Assembly: GCF_000341895.1 (NCBI RefSeq)
Contig: NC_020409.1
Coordinates: 3,122,411 to 3,154,410, forward strand
DNA: 32,000 nt
Source of the DNA: Pseudodesulfovibrio piezophilus C1TLV30
Lineage (GTDB): Bacteria > Desulfobacterota > Desulfovibrionia > Desulfovibrionales > Desulfovibrionaceae
Direction of reading: 5' to 3'
Notes under the pieces: model-generated
Database searches by the model: none
What the model saw: only the letters and a program-made list of their open reading frames with translations
What the model was told of the DNA's origin: nothing
In this document: positions 1 through 7,180 of the stretch, piece by piece
Numbering within the stretch: the first letter of the stretch is position 1
Layout of the letters: each line of letters opens with the position of its first letter
Made by a program: the position numbers and the translations under genes

Positions 1-1125
1 CTGGGCGCGCAGGAACATGAATTCGGGTGAAGGATTGCGTCCAATGGCCTCATCAAAATAGACGAGAGCCTGAACGAAATTTTTGTCCTTGCTTTGCAGG
101 AATCCCAGTTTGGCCAAGGCCTGGGCAGTCATGGGATGATCAGGGAATTGTTCAATAATATGAGTGAGGGATGCCTTGGCCGTCGTAAAATCTTCCTTGG
201 CAATGAGGATATCAACTCGAGCCAACTGAATACGGATGGCGTCGGGGTTATCATGCAACATGGCTGTAATGGTTTGCAGGCTTTTGTCAAATTGCTTGGT
301 GCGAAGATAAAAGCCTGTCAAGGCAAGTCGGGTGTCTATGTTTGCAGGATCGGACCGCACGACATCAAGAATCGTTTTTTCAGCTTTTCGGATTTGTCCG
401 GATTTTTCATACAACCGAGCAAGCATCATGCTGACGGGTGTTTTCTTTTCGGATATTTCAAGAAGCTTCAGGTAGTGTCCTTCCGCAGCGGTGAAGTCTC
501 CCGCTTTCTCAGCCATGGTTGCGGCCTTGAACCTGAATGCGATGTTGGAAGGGTTTTCGCTGATTGATTGCTCAAGAATCTCATATGCCTTTTCCAGTTC
601 ATTCTTTCGTTCATAGGCCGTCACCAGGCCAAGAGCGGCATCGGTATTGCTCGGTTCTTCCGTTAGAATCGCTTTGAGGATATGCATGGCTCCGGTGTGA
701 TCTCCCTGTTGCAGGAGGAGTCCGGCATGGAGCAAATGGGCATCGGTATTGGTTGGCTCGTTTTCCAGCAGTTGTGTTACGAGAGTCTCCGCTTTGTCGT
801 ATTGCCGGGAGAGCAGATAAAGCCGGCCAAGGCCTAGTTGCGCCTTGGTCAAATCCGGGTTGATTTCCACGGCCTGACCATAGGCTCCGAATGCGCTTTG
901 CCAGTTTTGTTCTTGAATGGCACAATCGCCGAGCAGGAGATACGCAAGAGCGTTTTTCGGGTCCAGTTTGATGGCGTTTTTGGCCTCAATGCGTGCATCG
1001 GGAATGTTCCCCTCGGCATAATACGCCATGGCTTTTTGATAGACCTCGATACTTTTTTCTTCTGAAGAGGCGCACGCTACGCAAACGAGGCATATGAGAA
1101 AGACGAAAACTATTTTTTTCAACAT
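1..1125 (-). CDS. prsT: PEP-CTERM-system TPR-repeat lipoprotein (PrsT-like); C-terminal part lies outside the window
   Basis: Missing from the ORF track because the frame is open at the window edge. The minus-strand frame is open from ATG (1125-1123) to position 1, 375 codons. My translation is MLKKIVFVFLICLVCVACASSEEKSIEVYQKAMAYYAEGNIPDARIEAKNAIKLDPKNALAYLLLGDCAIQEQNWQSAFGAYGQAVEINPD... This is a signal peptide with a Cys lipobox followed by tandem TPR-like 34-aa units. It is the last gene of the exosortase operon. Confidence 0.7.
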   Translation of the reverse strand, partial: MLKKIVFVFLICLVCVACASSEEKSIEVYQKAMAYYAEGNIPDARIEAKNAIKLDPKNALAYLLLGDCAIQEQNWQSAFGAYGQAVEINPDLTKAQLGLGRLYLLSRQYDKAETLVTQLLENEPTNTDAHLLHAGLLLQQGDHTGAMHILKAILTEEPSNTDAALGLVTAYERKNELEKAYEILEQSISENPSNIAFRFKAATMAEKAGDFTAAEGHYLKLLEISEKKTPVSMMLARLYEKSGQIRKAEKTILDVVRSDPANIDTRLALTGFYLRTKQFDKSLQTITAMLHDNPDAIRIQLARVDILIAKEDFTTAKASLTHIIEQFPDHPMTAQALAKLGFLQSKDKNFVQALVYFDEAIGRNPSPEFMFLRAQ

Positions 1126-1147
1126 GCTGACTCCGGCAATCAGAGGC

Positions 1148-2557
1148 TCAGGAAGCCCCGTCCTTATTGAGAATGACCCATATGGTCTTGAGGAGAATCC
1201 TGACGTCTCGCATAAAACGCCACCCATCAATGTAATCGAGGTCCATGCGGACAACATCCTCGAATTTATTTATTTTATTTCTGCCAGAGACCTGCCATAG
1301 ACCGGTGACACCCGGTTTCATGGAGATTCTGCGGCGTTCCCATTTCTCATAATGACTGACTTCGTCCACGGTTGGGGGGCGTGTCCCGACCAGACTCATT
1401 TCTCCGCGCATGACGTTGATGAATTGAGGAAACTCATCCAAGGATGTTTTTCTCAGGAATTTACCGACCTTGGTAATGCGAGGGTCATTTTTCATCTTGA
1501 ACATGTGACCGTCCATTTCATTGTGGGCCATGAGTTCCCGCTTCCGTGCTTCTGCATCAAGAAACATGGAGCGGAATTTGAACAGCTTGAATTTGCGATT
1601 GTTCTGGCCGACTCGGACCTGACTGAAGAGGATGGGGCCGGGGGATTCCATACGTATGGCGATGGCAACAGGTATATATATAAGACAAAAGATCAGGAAT
1701 CCTGCCGCACCACCGATGATGTCCAATATCCTCTTGTAGAAGAGGCCTGTCGCGTTGATGGTCGTTCCGGCAATACTCAGGGCCGGGACATTATCGATAC
1801 TGTCGATCCTGATGCCCCACCGTTCTTCCCCCGGAGTGAACATGGCTGGAACGATTCGACATGTCAGGCCCATTTTCTTGCATATATCCAGTCTGGATTG
1901 AAAGTCGAAGGGCAATGAGGGCGGCAAGGCAAAGACGACCTCGTCAATATCCTTTTCCACGGCAATATCGGAAAAAATAGTGGCGTCTCCTAGGTGTGGG
2001 ATGTCCTCGACAGGTTCTGAGCCGTTGACGGAAAGCCAGCCGACAATGCAGTGGCCCCAACTGGTTTGTCTGTGAAAGGCTTCGGCCACGGCCTTCACTC
2101 TGGCGTGATTGCCGACAAGGAGGATCCGACGCATGCTGTATGCATTGGCATCTTTCCTGAGAAATGCGTGAAAGAGAAAACGGACAAACATGGTCCCGGC
2201 AAAAACCATGGCTGCGTAACTTCCTATGAAAATTCGTGAAATTTCTTCCTCTTTCACAAAAAACATACCGAGGGTCAGCAGGGAGAAATCAATGGATACA
2301 GCGACTGCGCATTTACCCAGTGCAATAGAGAAAGGCGGGTTGAAATGGGATGTATAAAACCCCAACTGTCCGAGGACAAAACAATTGATGAACATCAATG
2401 AAAGTACAATCGAGGTGAAAAGCCCTCCATCCATGACCCAGTTTGGCGCTCCGATGAGCCAGCGGATGTAGTAGGCCCCGTATCCGGCCATGATGATGAC
2501 GAGACCGTCCAAAATCAGGGCCACGTTGGTAGTGACATATACTTGTTCCTTGTACAT
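1148..2557 (-). CDS. Exopolysaccharide priming sugar transferase (polyprenyl glycosylphosphotransferase, bacterial sugar transferase family, PEP-CTERM-locus type)
   Basis: 469-aa ORF with N-terminal TM helices. The C-terminal bacterial sugar transferase signature reads PGPILFSQVRVGQNNRKFKLFKFRSM...DPRITKVGKFLRKTSLDEFPQFINVMRGEMSLVGTRPP. It is adjacent to the exosortase gene. Confidence 0.85.
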   Translation of the reverse strand: MYKEQVYVTTNVALILDGLVIIMAGYGAYYIRWLIGAPNWVMDGGLFTSIVLSLMFINCFVLGQLGFYTSHFNPPFSIALGKCAVAVSIDFSLLTLGMFFVKEEEISRIFIGSYAAMVFAGTMFVRFLFHAFLRKDANAYSMRRILLVGNHARVKAVAEAFHRQTSWGHCIVGWLSVNGSEPVEDIPHLGDATIFSDIAVEKDIDEVVFALPPSLPFDFQSRLDICKKMGLTCRIVPAMFTPGEERWGIRIDSIDNVPALSIAGTTINATGLFYKRILDIIGGAAGFLIFCLIYIPVAIAIRMESPGPILFSQVRVGQNNRKFKLFKFRSMFLDAEARKRELMAHNEMDGHMFKMKNDPRITKVGKFLRKTSLDEFPQFINVMRGEMSLVGTRPPTVDEVSHYEKWERRRISMKPGVTGLWQVSGRNKINKFEDVVRMDLDYIDGWRFMRDVRILLKTIWVILNKDGAS

Positions 2558-2570
2558 GGTGCGTCTTTAC

Positions 2571-4091
2571 TTATACCGGGTTTTCATATCCGGCAGGCAG
2601 AAATGGTGTGAGTCGCCCCCTGAGTTGGCGGGCAAATGAATTGAGAGTTTTTTGTGTCTCCATGACAGAGGAATCAGGCCTGACTGGCATTTCCAGACGA
2701 ATAAGAGCCCCATCGGTCCTTTGCCGGAAGAGTGCATCTACGAGAAGGTGCCATTTGTTGAGCCATTCGTTCACCACGACACGGCCGCGCTGCAGGAACC
2801 AGAAATTGGAAATGATGGTCTGTCCATTCTTGTCCAGAGTCATCTGCGTAACGGGGAAATTCCGTTCATCGGATTGTCCGGCGTCGAGGACCTGCTTGTT
2901 CATGATATCCCACCCTCCGCCGACCAGACATGATGTGGGCGCATGAGCGGCGTGACTTGTGGTTTGCTGATCGTACCATGATATCAGGACGTAAATGGCA
3001 TCTTGTGTGTCTTTATTCCGGAAGACCATGTTGACATAATCGTCTGCTCCCAGGCTCTGTACAACCGGTTGGGAAAGGTAAATTCTCTGCCCTGTCCAGG
3101 GGCCGATCTGTGCAGAAAAACTTGTGAAATCATGCCGCGCTTGAATGCGTTGTGCCGGGAGCAGATGGAATTGGCTGTAGAGCATGATGCCCAGGAAGCA
3201 GCATGCGGCAAAACCGGTCCATTGAGTATGCGGTAGAATCCACGGGGGGAGATTCTCTTGTGACCGGACGGGGTGGTGGGGCCGGTCGGCAAGAAGCCAT
3301 GCGCACGCCCCGAGCAGCCCAAGTGAAAGGACATAGACAAGCCAGCCTGAAAAATCGTGGAAGAATCCTTCCGCCAGAGCCGGGTTGATGAATTTGGTTA
3401 AAACCCCGGTCAGGGCAATGCGAAAGGCATTGGAAAGGATCGTGACCGGTATGGCGATGGCAAGAAGCAGAAGCCGCTTCCGTGGTGCCGAAAGGAAAAA
3501 CCATCCGACAAGTAAGGCCATAAGCAGAGATGGCCATAAATACCTCAACCCGCTACAGGCATCGACCACCTGGAGTTGAATAACTCCGAGATCAATAACA
3601 TTCCCTTCACGATAGACCGGTATCCCGATGAATTGAAGCATTTTTTCTGAAAGTACAGAGGATATCAGCCGTAATTTGAGACTGGTCATTCGTGTAATGA
3701 AAACAGGTGGTGGGACAGCAAAAAATCCTACCAACATGGGCATCCAAAGGCTTCTGATTGCCTTGTCCCCAAGATACAGCAATGCTATGCCGCAGAGTGA
3801 AATCCACATGGCGAGGTGGACAAAAAATTTGAGTGAAGCAAAGCGTCCTATGTGAAAAAACAGGACCGCGACAAGGCATATGGCAAGGCCGAGGAAGGCT
3901 CCGCCTCCTAATTTCCCTGCTCTCTTTCCTCTTTCGGTCCAGAGCAGATACCCAACGATGGGTAGAACCAGATAACAGTGTGAATAATCCTCGGCATTCC
4001 ATTCGTGCAGGAGAATGGGGAAGTCTGACCAGAATACAACAATCCATGCGATGGAGGCTGTACAATAGAAAAAATTTCGTCGCGTGAGCAT
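2571..4091 (-). CDS. Exosortase (EpsH/Xrt family) fused to a C-terminal EpsI-family domain
   Basis: 506 aa. The N-terminal polytopic membrane half carries the exosortase catalytic motifs DACSGLRY (Cys), SNAFRIALTG (Arg) and HDFSGW (His). The roughly 200-aa C-terminal soluble part (GPWTGQRIYL...YVNMVFRN...WYDQQ...RLEMP) resembles EpsI. Confidence 0.8.
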   Translation of the reverse strand: MLTRRNFFYCTASIAWIVVFWSDFPILLHEWNAEDYSHCYLVLPIVGYLLWTERGKRAGKLGGGAFLGLAICLVAVLFFHIGRFASLKFFVHLAMWISLCGIALLYLGDKAIRSLWMPMLVGFFAVPPPVFITRMTSLKLRLISSVLSEKMLQFIGIPVYREGNVIDLGVIQLQVVDACSGLRYLWPSLLMALLVGWFFLSAPRKRLLLLAIAIPVTILSNAFRIALTGVLTKFINPALAEGFFHDFSGWLVYVLSLGLLGACAWLLADRPHHPVRSQENLPPWILPHTQWTGFAACCFLGIMLYSQFHLLPAQRIQARHDFTSFSAQIGPWTGQRIYLSQPVVQSLGADDYVNMVFRNKDTQDAIYVLISWYDQQTTSHAAHAPTSCLVGGGWDIMNKQVLDAGQSDERNFPVTQMTLDKNGQTIISNFWFLQRGRVVVNEWLNKWHLLVDALFRQRTDGALIRLEMPVRPDSSVMETQKTLNSFARQLRGRLTPFLPAGYENPV

Positions 4092-4127
4092 GGTCGCCTT
4101 GCTTCAAGAAAATAAGGGTGAATATTC

Positions 4128-4169
4128 AAAAAAAGGAGGAAACCGTACTCCGAGTTGGTGTGCGGTTCC
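4128..4169 (-). terminator. Rho-independent terminator after the first exosortase-substrate gene
   Basis: On the minus strand, GGAACCG ... CGGTTTCC forms a 7-bp stem with one bulge. It is followed by TCC-TTTTTTT (the A7 run at 4128-4134 on the plus strand). It lies about 30 nt downstream of the stop codon at 4196. Confidence 0.5.
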
Positions 4170-4195
4170 CTTTCTCTCGAAAGATTCTTGTTCAA

Positions 4196-4873
4196 TCAGG
4201 ATGCTCTCAGTCGACGAATTCCGACCATCCCCACAAGTCCGGAAAGTAACAGAAACGCACTGGCCGGGAGTGGGGTCGGATTGTAAACAAGCGCATCAAA
4301 TTGCTGGCTACCATATGAACTTCCGAGGTTCTCACCAATGAAGATTAAAGAATCTATGGTGAAAAGGGTTCCGTCGTCATCATTCAGTACCGAGAAAGAG
4401 AAAATGCTTGTGGGCAGACTTTGCAGGTCGAATGTAATGGTGTTGTTGAGTACCGTTGTCGCAATATTCAGAATGTTTGCGCTGAAGTCTTTGATTTGAA
4501 TTGTATAATTGAGATTGCTCAAGGATTGATCCAAGGTCACTGCCAAGGACCCACTTTGTTTTGTACTGCTGGCAAGGGCAAATTCCCATGCACCTTTATT
4601 AAAGAGGATTGACGGGTTGGCACTGGAAGTCGATGTCACAAGGGATTGCAGTCCACCGGCTTGAGAAATATTCCAGTCTCCGGTGAAAGTAGTGTCGATT
4701 CCACTGATCTTGTCAGTGAGTGAAGAACTGTCCGCAGATCCGCCTGTTACTGTCCCACTCCAGGAGCCGTCAGTGAAATAGGCTTCGTGAAAATATGAAA
4801 GCGAGACTGCATGAGCACTGGTGGCGCAGAGCAGCATAATTGTACTTGATATAATCAAGGACTTGAATTGCAT
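4196..4873 (-). CDS. Secreted protein with a PEP-CTERM-like (TPLPA variant) exosortase sorting signal
   Basis: The ORF-track frame 4196..5194 is over-extended. The likely start is ATG 4873 (MQFKSLIISSTIMLLCATSAHA|VS signal peptide), with GGAGGG 5 nt upstream; alternative starts are 4876 and 4885. The mature part is Ser/Thr/Asn-rich. The C-terminus is NPTPLPASAFLLLSGLVGMVGIRRLRAS: a Pro motif, a TM helix and a basic tail. Confidence 0.75.
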   Translation of the reverse strand: MQFKSLIISSTIMLLCATSAHAVSLSYFHEAYFTDGSWSGTVTGGSADSSSLTDKISGIDTTFTGDWNISQAGGLQSLVTSTSSANPSILFNKGAWEFALASSTKQSGSLAVTLDQSLSNLNYTIQIKDFSANILNIATTVLNNTITFDLQSLPTSIFSFSVLNDDDGTLFTIDSLIFIGENLGSSYGSQQFDALVYNPTPLPASAFLLLSGLVGMVGIRRLRAS

Positions 4874-4905
4874 CATTCCCTCCATTCTCGTATTTGCAGC
4901 AACAA

Positions 4906-4921
4906 TGAAATATCTGTGCCA
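4906..4921 (-). promoter_or_regulatory. Sigma-54-like -24/-12 element (TGGCACAGATATTTCA), weak -12
   Basis: The minus-strand sequence TTGGCACAGATATTTCA has a perfect -24 TGGCAC. The -12 position reads TC instead of GC. The predicted TSS is about 22 nt upstream of ATG 4873, leaving room for the GGAGGG SD. Near-identical copies occur at 11327-11342 and 16038-16053. Confidence 0.4.
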
Positions 4922-5132
4922 AGAAAAAGAAATGGTTTTTAACATACTGTTTAAAATGGTTAAATAAATATATAGAGGGATGTTGGAAAAGGGGGGAGCG
5001 TCTTTGTCTGATAAATGCAGACATGGATAAACCCGGATATCCATGAAACAATCGGGGGGGAGCCTCAAAAGGCTGTATAAAAACAGACGATATTTGGCGT
5101 TTTGAGAATGGTGGAAGTAGAAGGGCACCGCT

Positions 5133-6338
5133 CTATCCGGTGAAGAAGCTGATGAGGGAATTGAGCAAGCCTTGTTTTGAACCCGTCTGTTCATCGGTTT
5201 TTAGTCTCTCCGTTTTTCCCAGACGTTGGTGCTTTTCGAGTTCCTTGCCTAACATTTTGTTTTTGTGAAAGAGGGCGATACAACGCCCGAAATATCGCTC
5301 TGATCTGACCCGTTCCTTGTCCAGCAGGTCAGTGAGTGAGTTAACGAGTTTTTCATTACCGGCCGCTATGCCCCCATCAATGTGGCCTGCCTGGATGTTG
5401 ACCTGTGCTGTCAGTTTGGAAACCATGGATTCGAGGTGGGCTACTCTGCCGAGCATATGCTCGTCCACTGCATGTTGTGCAGTCTGACTCTTGTCTGTAC
5501 CGGCTGCACGGGATGAGTCCTTTGGGTGGTGCGTAATGCCGATATTGTCCAGAACGACTTGTTCAATGACTTCGCGTGAAATGGTTGGAAGTGAATCGGC
5601 ATATCCGTAGACCAGCGCTGCGTTGCACAGGATATTGACAGCCCTTGGCACGCCTCCTGTGTGTTCGTGCAACAGATCCACGGCTCCAGCTTCAAAGATG
5701 GGTTCACTTCCTGCCCCGGCTCGCTGAAGGCGATACTCAATGTACTCACCCAGTTCTTTCCGCGATAAAGGGGCGAGGTGATAGTTGATGGCCACTCGTT
5801 GAGCCAGTTGTTCCAGCCCAGGGCTGCTGATTATGTCCCGTAATTCAGGTTGGCCCGCCAGGATTATCTGGAGCAGCGGCGTTGTCTCGGTTTGCAGGTT
5901 GGAGAGCAGTCGGACTTCTTCCAGTGCCTCATGCGAGAGATTTTGTGCTTCATCAATGATGAGGAGACAGCGGCGACCTTGCCTGAATATGTCAATGAGA
6001 TGCTGGTTCAACAAATCGAGATTGTGCGACTTGTCCTGGCTGACTCCACTGACTTCAAGCTCAATGAGGATGAGCCTGAGGAGTTCCTGGGCATCGACGT
6101 TGGTATTGAAAACGACAGCCACTTCCACATCGGAAGCAATTTGAGTCAACAGGTACTTAAGCAAAGTGGTCTTGCCGGTGCCTATCTCACCCGTGAAGAG
6201 GATAAAGCCGATATTTTCCGTGAAACCGTATTGAAGATATGTCAGCGCCTGCCGGTGCTTGTTACTTTCGTAAAGCACGCCCGGATTCGGAATGATATCG
6301 AATGGTTTGTCGCGAAGACCGTAAAATGATCGAAACAT
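5133..6338 (-). CDS. ExeA-like AAA ATPase, PEP-CTERM locus subfamily (putative secretion ATPase)
   Basis: 401 aa. N-terminus MFRSFYGLRDKPFDIIPNP..., Walker A GEIGTGKTTL, Walker B LLIIDEAQNL. Its position in the exosortase EPS operon fits this family. Confidence 0.8.
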   Translation of the reverse strand: MFRSFYGLRDKPFDIIPNPGVLYESNKHRQALTYLQYGFTENIGFILFTGEIGTGKTTLLKYLLTQIASDVEVAVVFNTNVDAQELLRLILIELEVSGVSQDKSHNLDLLNQHLIDIFRQGRRCLLIIDEAQNLSHEALEEVRLLSNLQTETTPLLQIILAGQPELRDIISSPGLEQLAQRVAINYHLAPLSRKELGEYIEYRLQRAGAGSEPIFEAGAVDLLHEHTGGVPRAVNILCNAALVYGYADSLPTISREVIEQVVLDNIGITHHPKDSSRAAGTDKSQTAQHAVDEHMLGRVAHLESMVSKLTAQVNIQAGHIDGGIAAGNEKLVNSLTDLLDKERVRSERYFGRCIALFHKNKMLGKELEKHQRLGKTERLKTDEQTGSKQGLLNSLISFFTG

Positions 6339-6344
6339 GGGAGT

Positions 6345-7157
6345 CTACTGGCTGAAATGTTTATTTAAAACAACGCCAAGAATGTTGGCCTCACTCAGCA
6401 TTTCAAGGGAAGCCCGGATATCCTCCTGCGAAGTCTTCCCTTCCTCAACAACCAGAATCACCCCGTCCACATAGGTTGAGAAAACAAGGGAGTCCGGCAT
6501 ATCAATGATATGAGGGCAGTCGAAGATGACATAACGATCGGGGTATCGGCTTTTACATTCCTTCACGAGTTGTTGCATTTTGGGCGTACTCAAAAGATCG
6601 GCTGATTCTGTGGTGGCTCGGCAGGCTGGCAGGACAACAAGTTTATCTATCCCCGGATTGACCAGCAGTTCAGGAAGTTCCAGGTGGCCGATGAGATATT
6701 CCTCCAGCCCTCCTTCTTGCCCTCTGCATACACCCATGGTTGTTGCCACACCCGGCCATCGGAGATTCGTATCGACCAGCAGGGCGGTCTGTCGGGCGTC
6801 CCGGGCCAAACTCATGGCGAGGTTGGTCGCGACAATCGTCTTGCCCTCTTTGCGGCGAGGGCTGGTTACCATGATGGAATTAAGCCCATCGGTACGGGTT
6901 ATTTGCAAAATTCTCGCTCGGAGGACGTTGAATGAATCCCTTATATATTGGGCGCTTCCACTGGTAAGTAGGCGATTGCGTTCCAGATGGAGATCGTCGG
7001 CCTCCTGAATCTGGGTCATCCGATAGTTGTGACGAACTGTCGCTTCTTCGGTCTTTTCTTTGTCAGAAGACATGCTGGGGGATGACGGAGAAACCTGCTC
7101 CAAAATGTCGTTTCGCTCGTCTTGAGCCTTTTGTAGTGCCTTGGCTATTTTGCTCAT
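6345..7157 (-). CDS. BY-kinase-like P-loop ATPase (exopolysaccharide / PEP-CTERM locus tyrosine autokinase family)
   Basis: 270 aa. Walker A is SPRRKEGKTIVATNLA, Walker A' is LLVDTNLRWP and Walker B is YVIFDCPH. It lies directly downstream of the Wzz-like gene. Confidence 0.75.
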   Translation of the reverse strand: MSKIAKALQKAQDERNDILEQVSPSSPSMSSDKEKTEEATVRHNYRMTQIQEADDLHLERNRLLTSGSAQYIRDSFNVLRARILQITRTDGLNSIMVTSPRRKEGKTIVATNLAMSLARDARQTALLVDTNLRWPGVATTMGVCRGQEGGLEEYLIGHLELPELLVNPGIDKLVVLPACRATTESADLLSTPKMQQLVKECKSRYPDRYVIFDCPHIIDMPDSLVFSTYVDGVILVVEEGKTSQEDIRASLEMLSEANILGVVLNKHFSQ

Positions 7158-7180
7158 TGGGAGATACCTTTTTTGCTCAG

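Noticed and set aside
94-1918. Plus-strand ORFs 94..567, 838..1065, 1094..1300 and 1352..1918.
   Set aside because: They lie antisense to well-supported minus-strand genes (TPR lipoprotein, sugar transferase). They have no recognisable motifs and show low-complexity, shadow-frame composition.
4947-4955. The 9-mer TTTAAACAG shared by the upstream regions of both substrate genes (also at 16071-16079), as a possible IHF or activator site.
   Set aside because: A single shared 9-mer between two AT-rich regions of about 250 bp is roughly what chance would give. Its distances to the -24 elements also differ (25 vs 36 nt).
4991-5060. G6 (4991-4996) and G7 (5054-5060) homopolymer tracts upstream of substrate gene 1, as phase-variation switches.
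   Set aside because: The tracts are short for slipped-strand switching, lie outside coding sequence, and have no defined promoter-spacing role. This is speculation only.
4874-5194. A 107-codon N-terminal extension of the first exosortase-substrate ORF (ORF-track start 5194).
   Set aside because: The extension overlaps the ATPase gene's 3' end and runs through an AT-rich promoter-like region. A clean signal peptide with a GGAGGG SD begins at 4873, and the sigma-54-like element would fall inside the extension.
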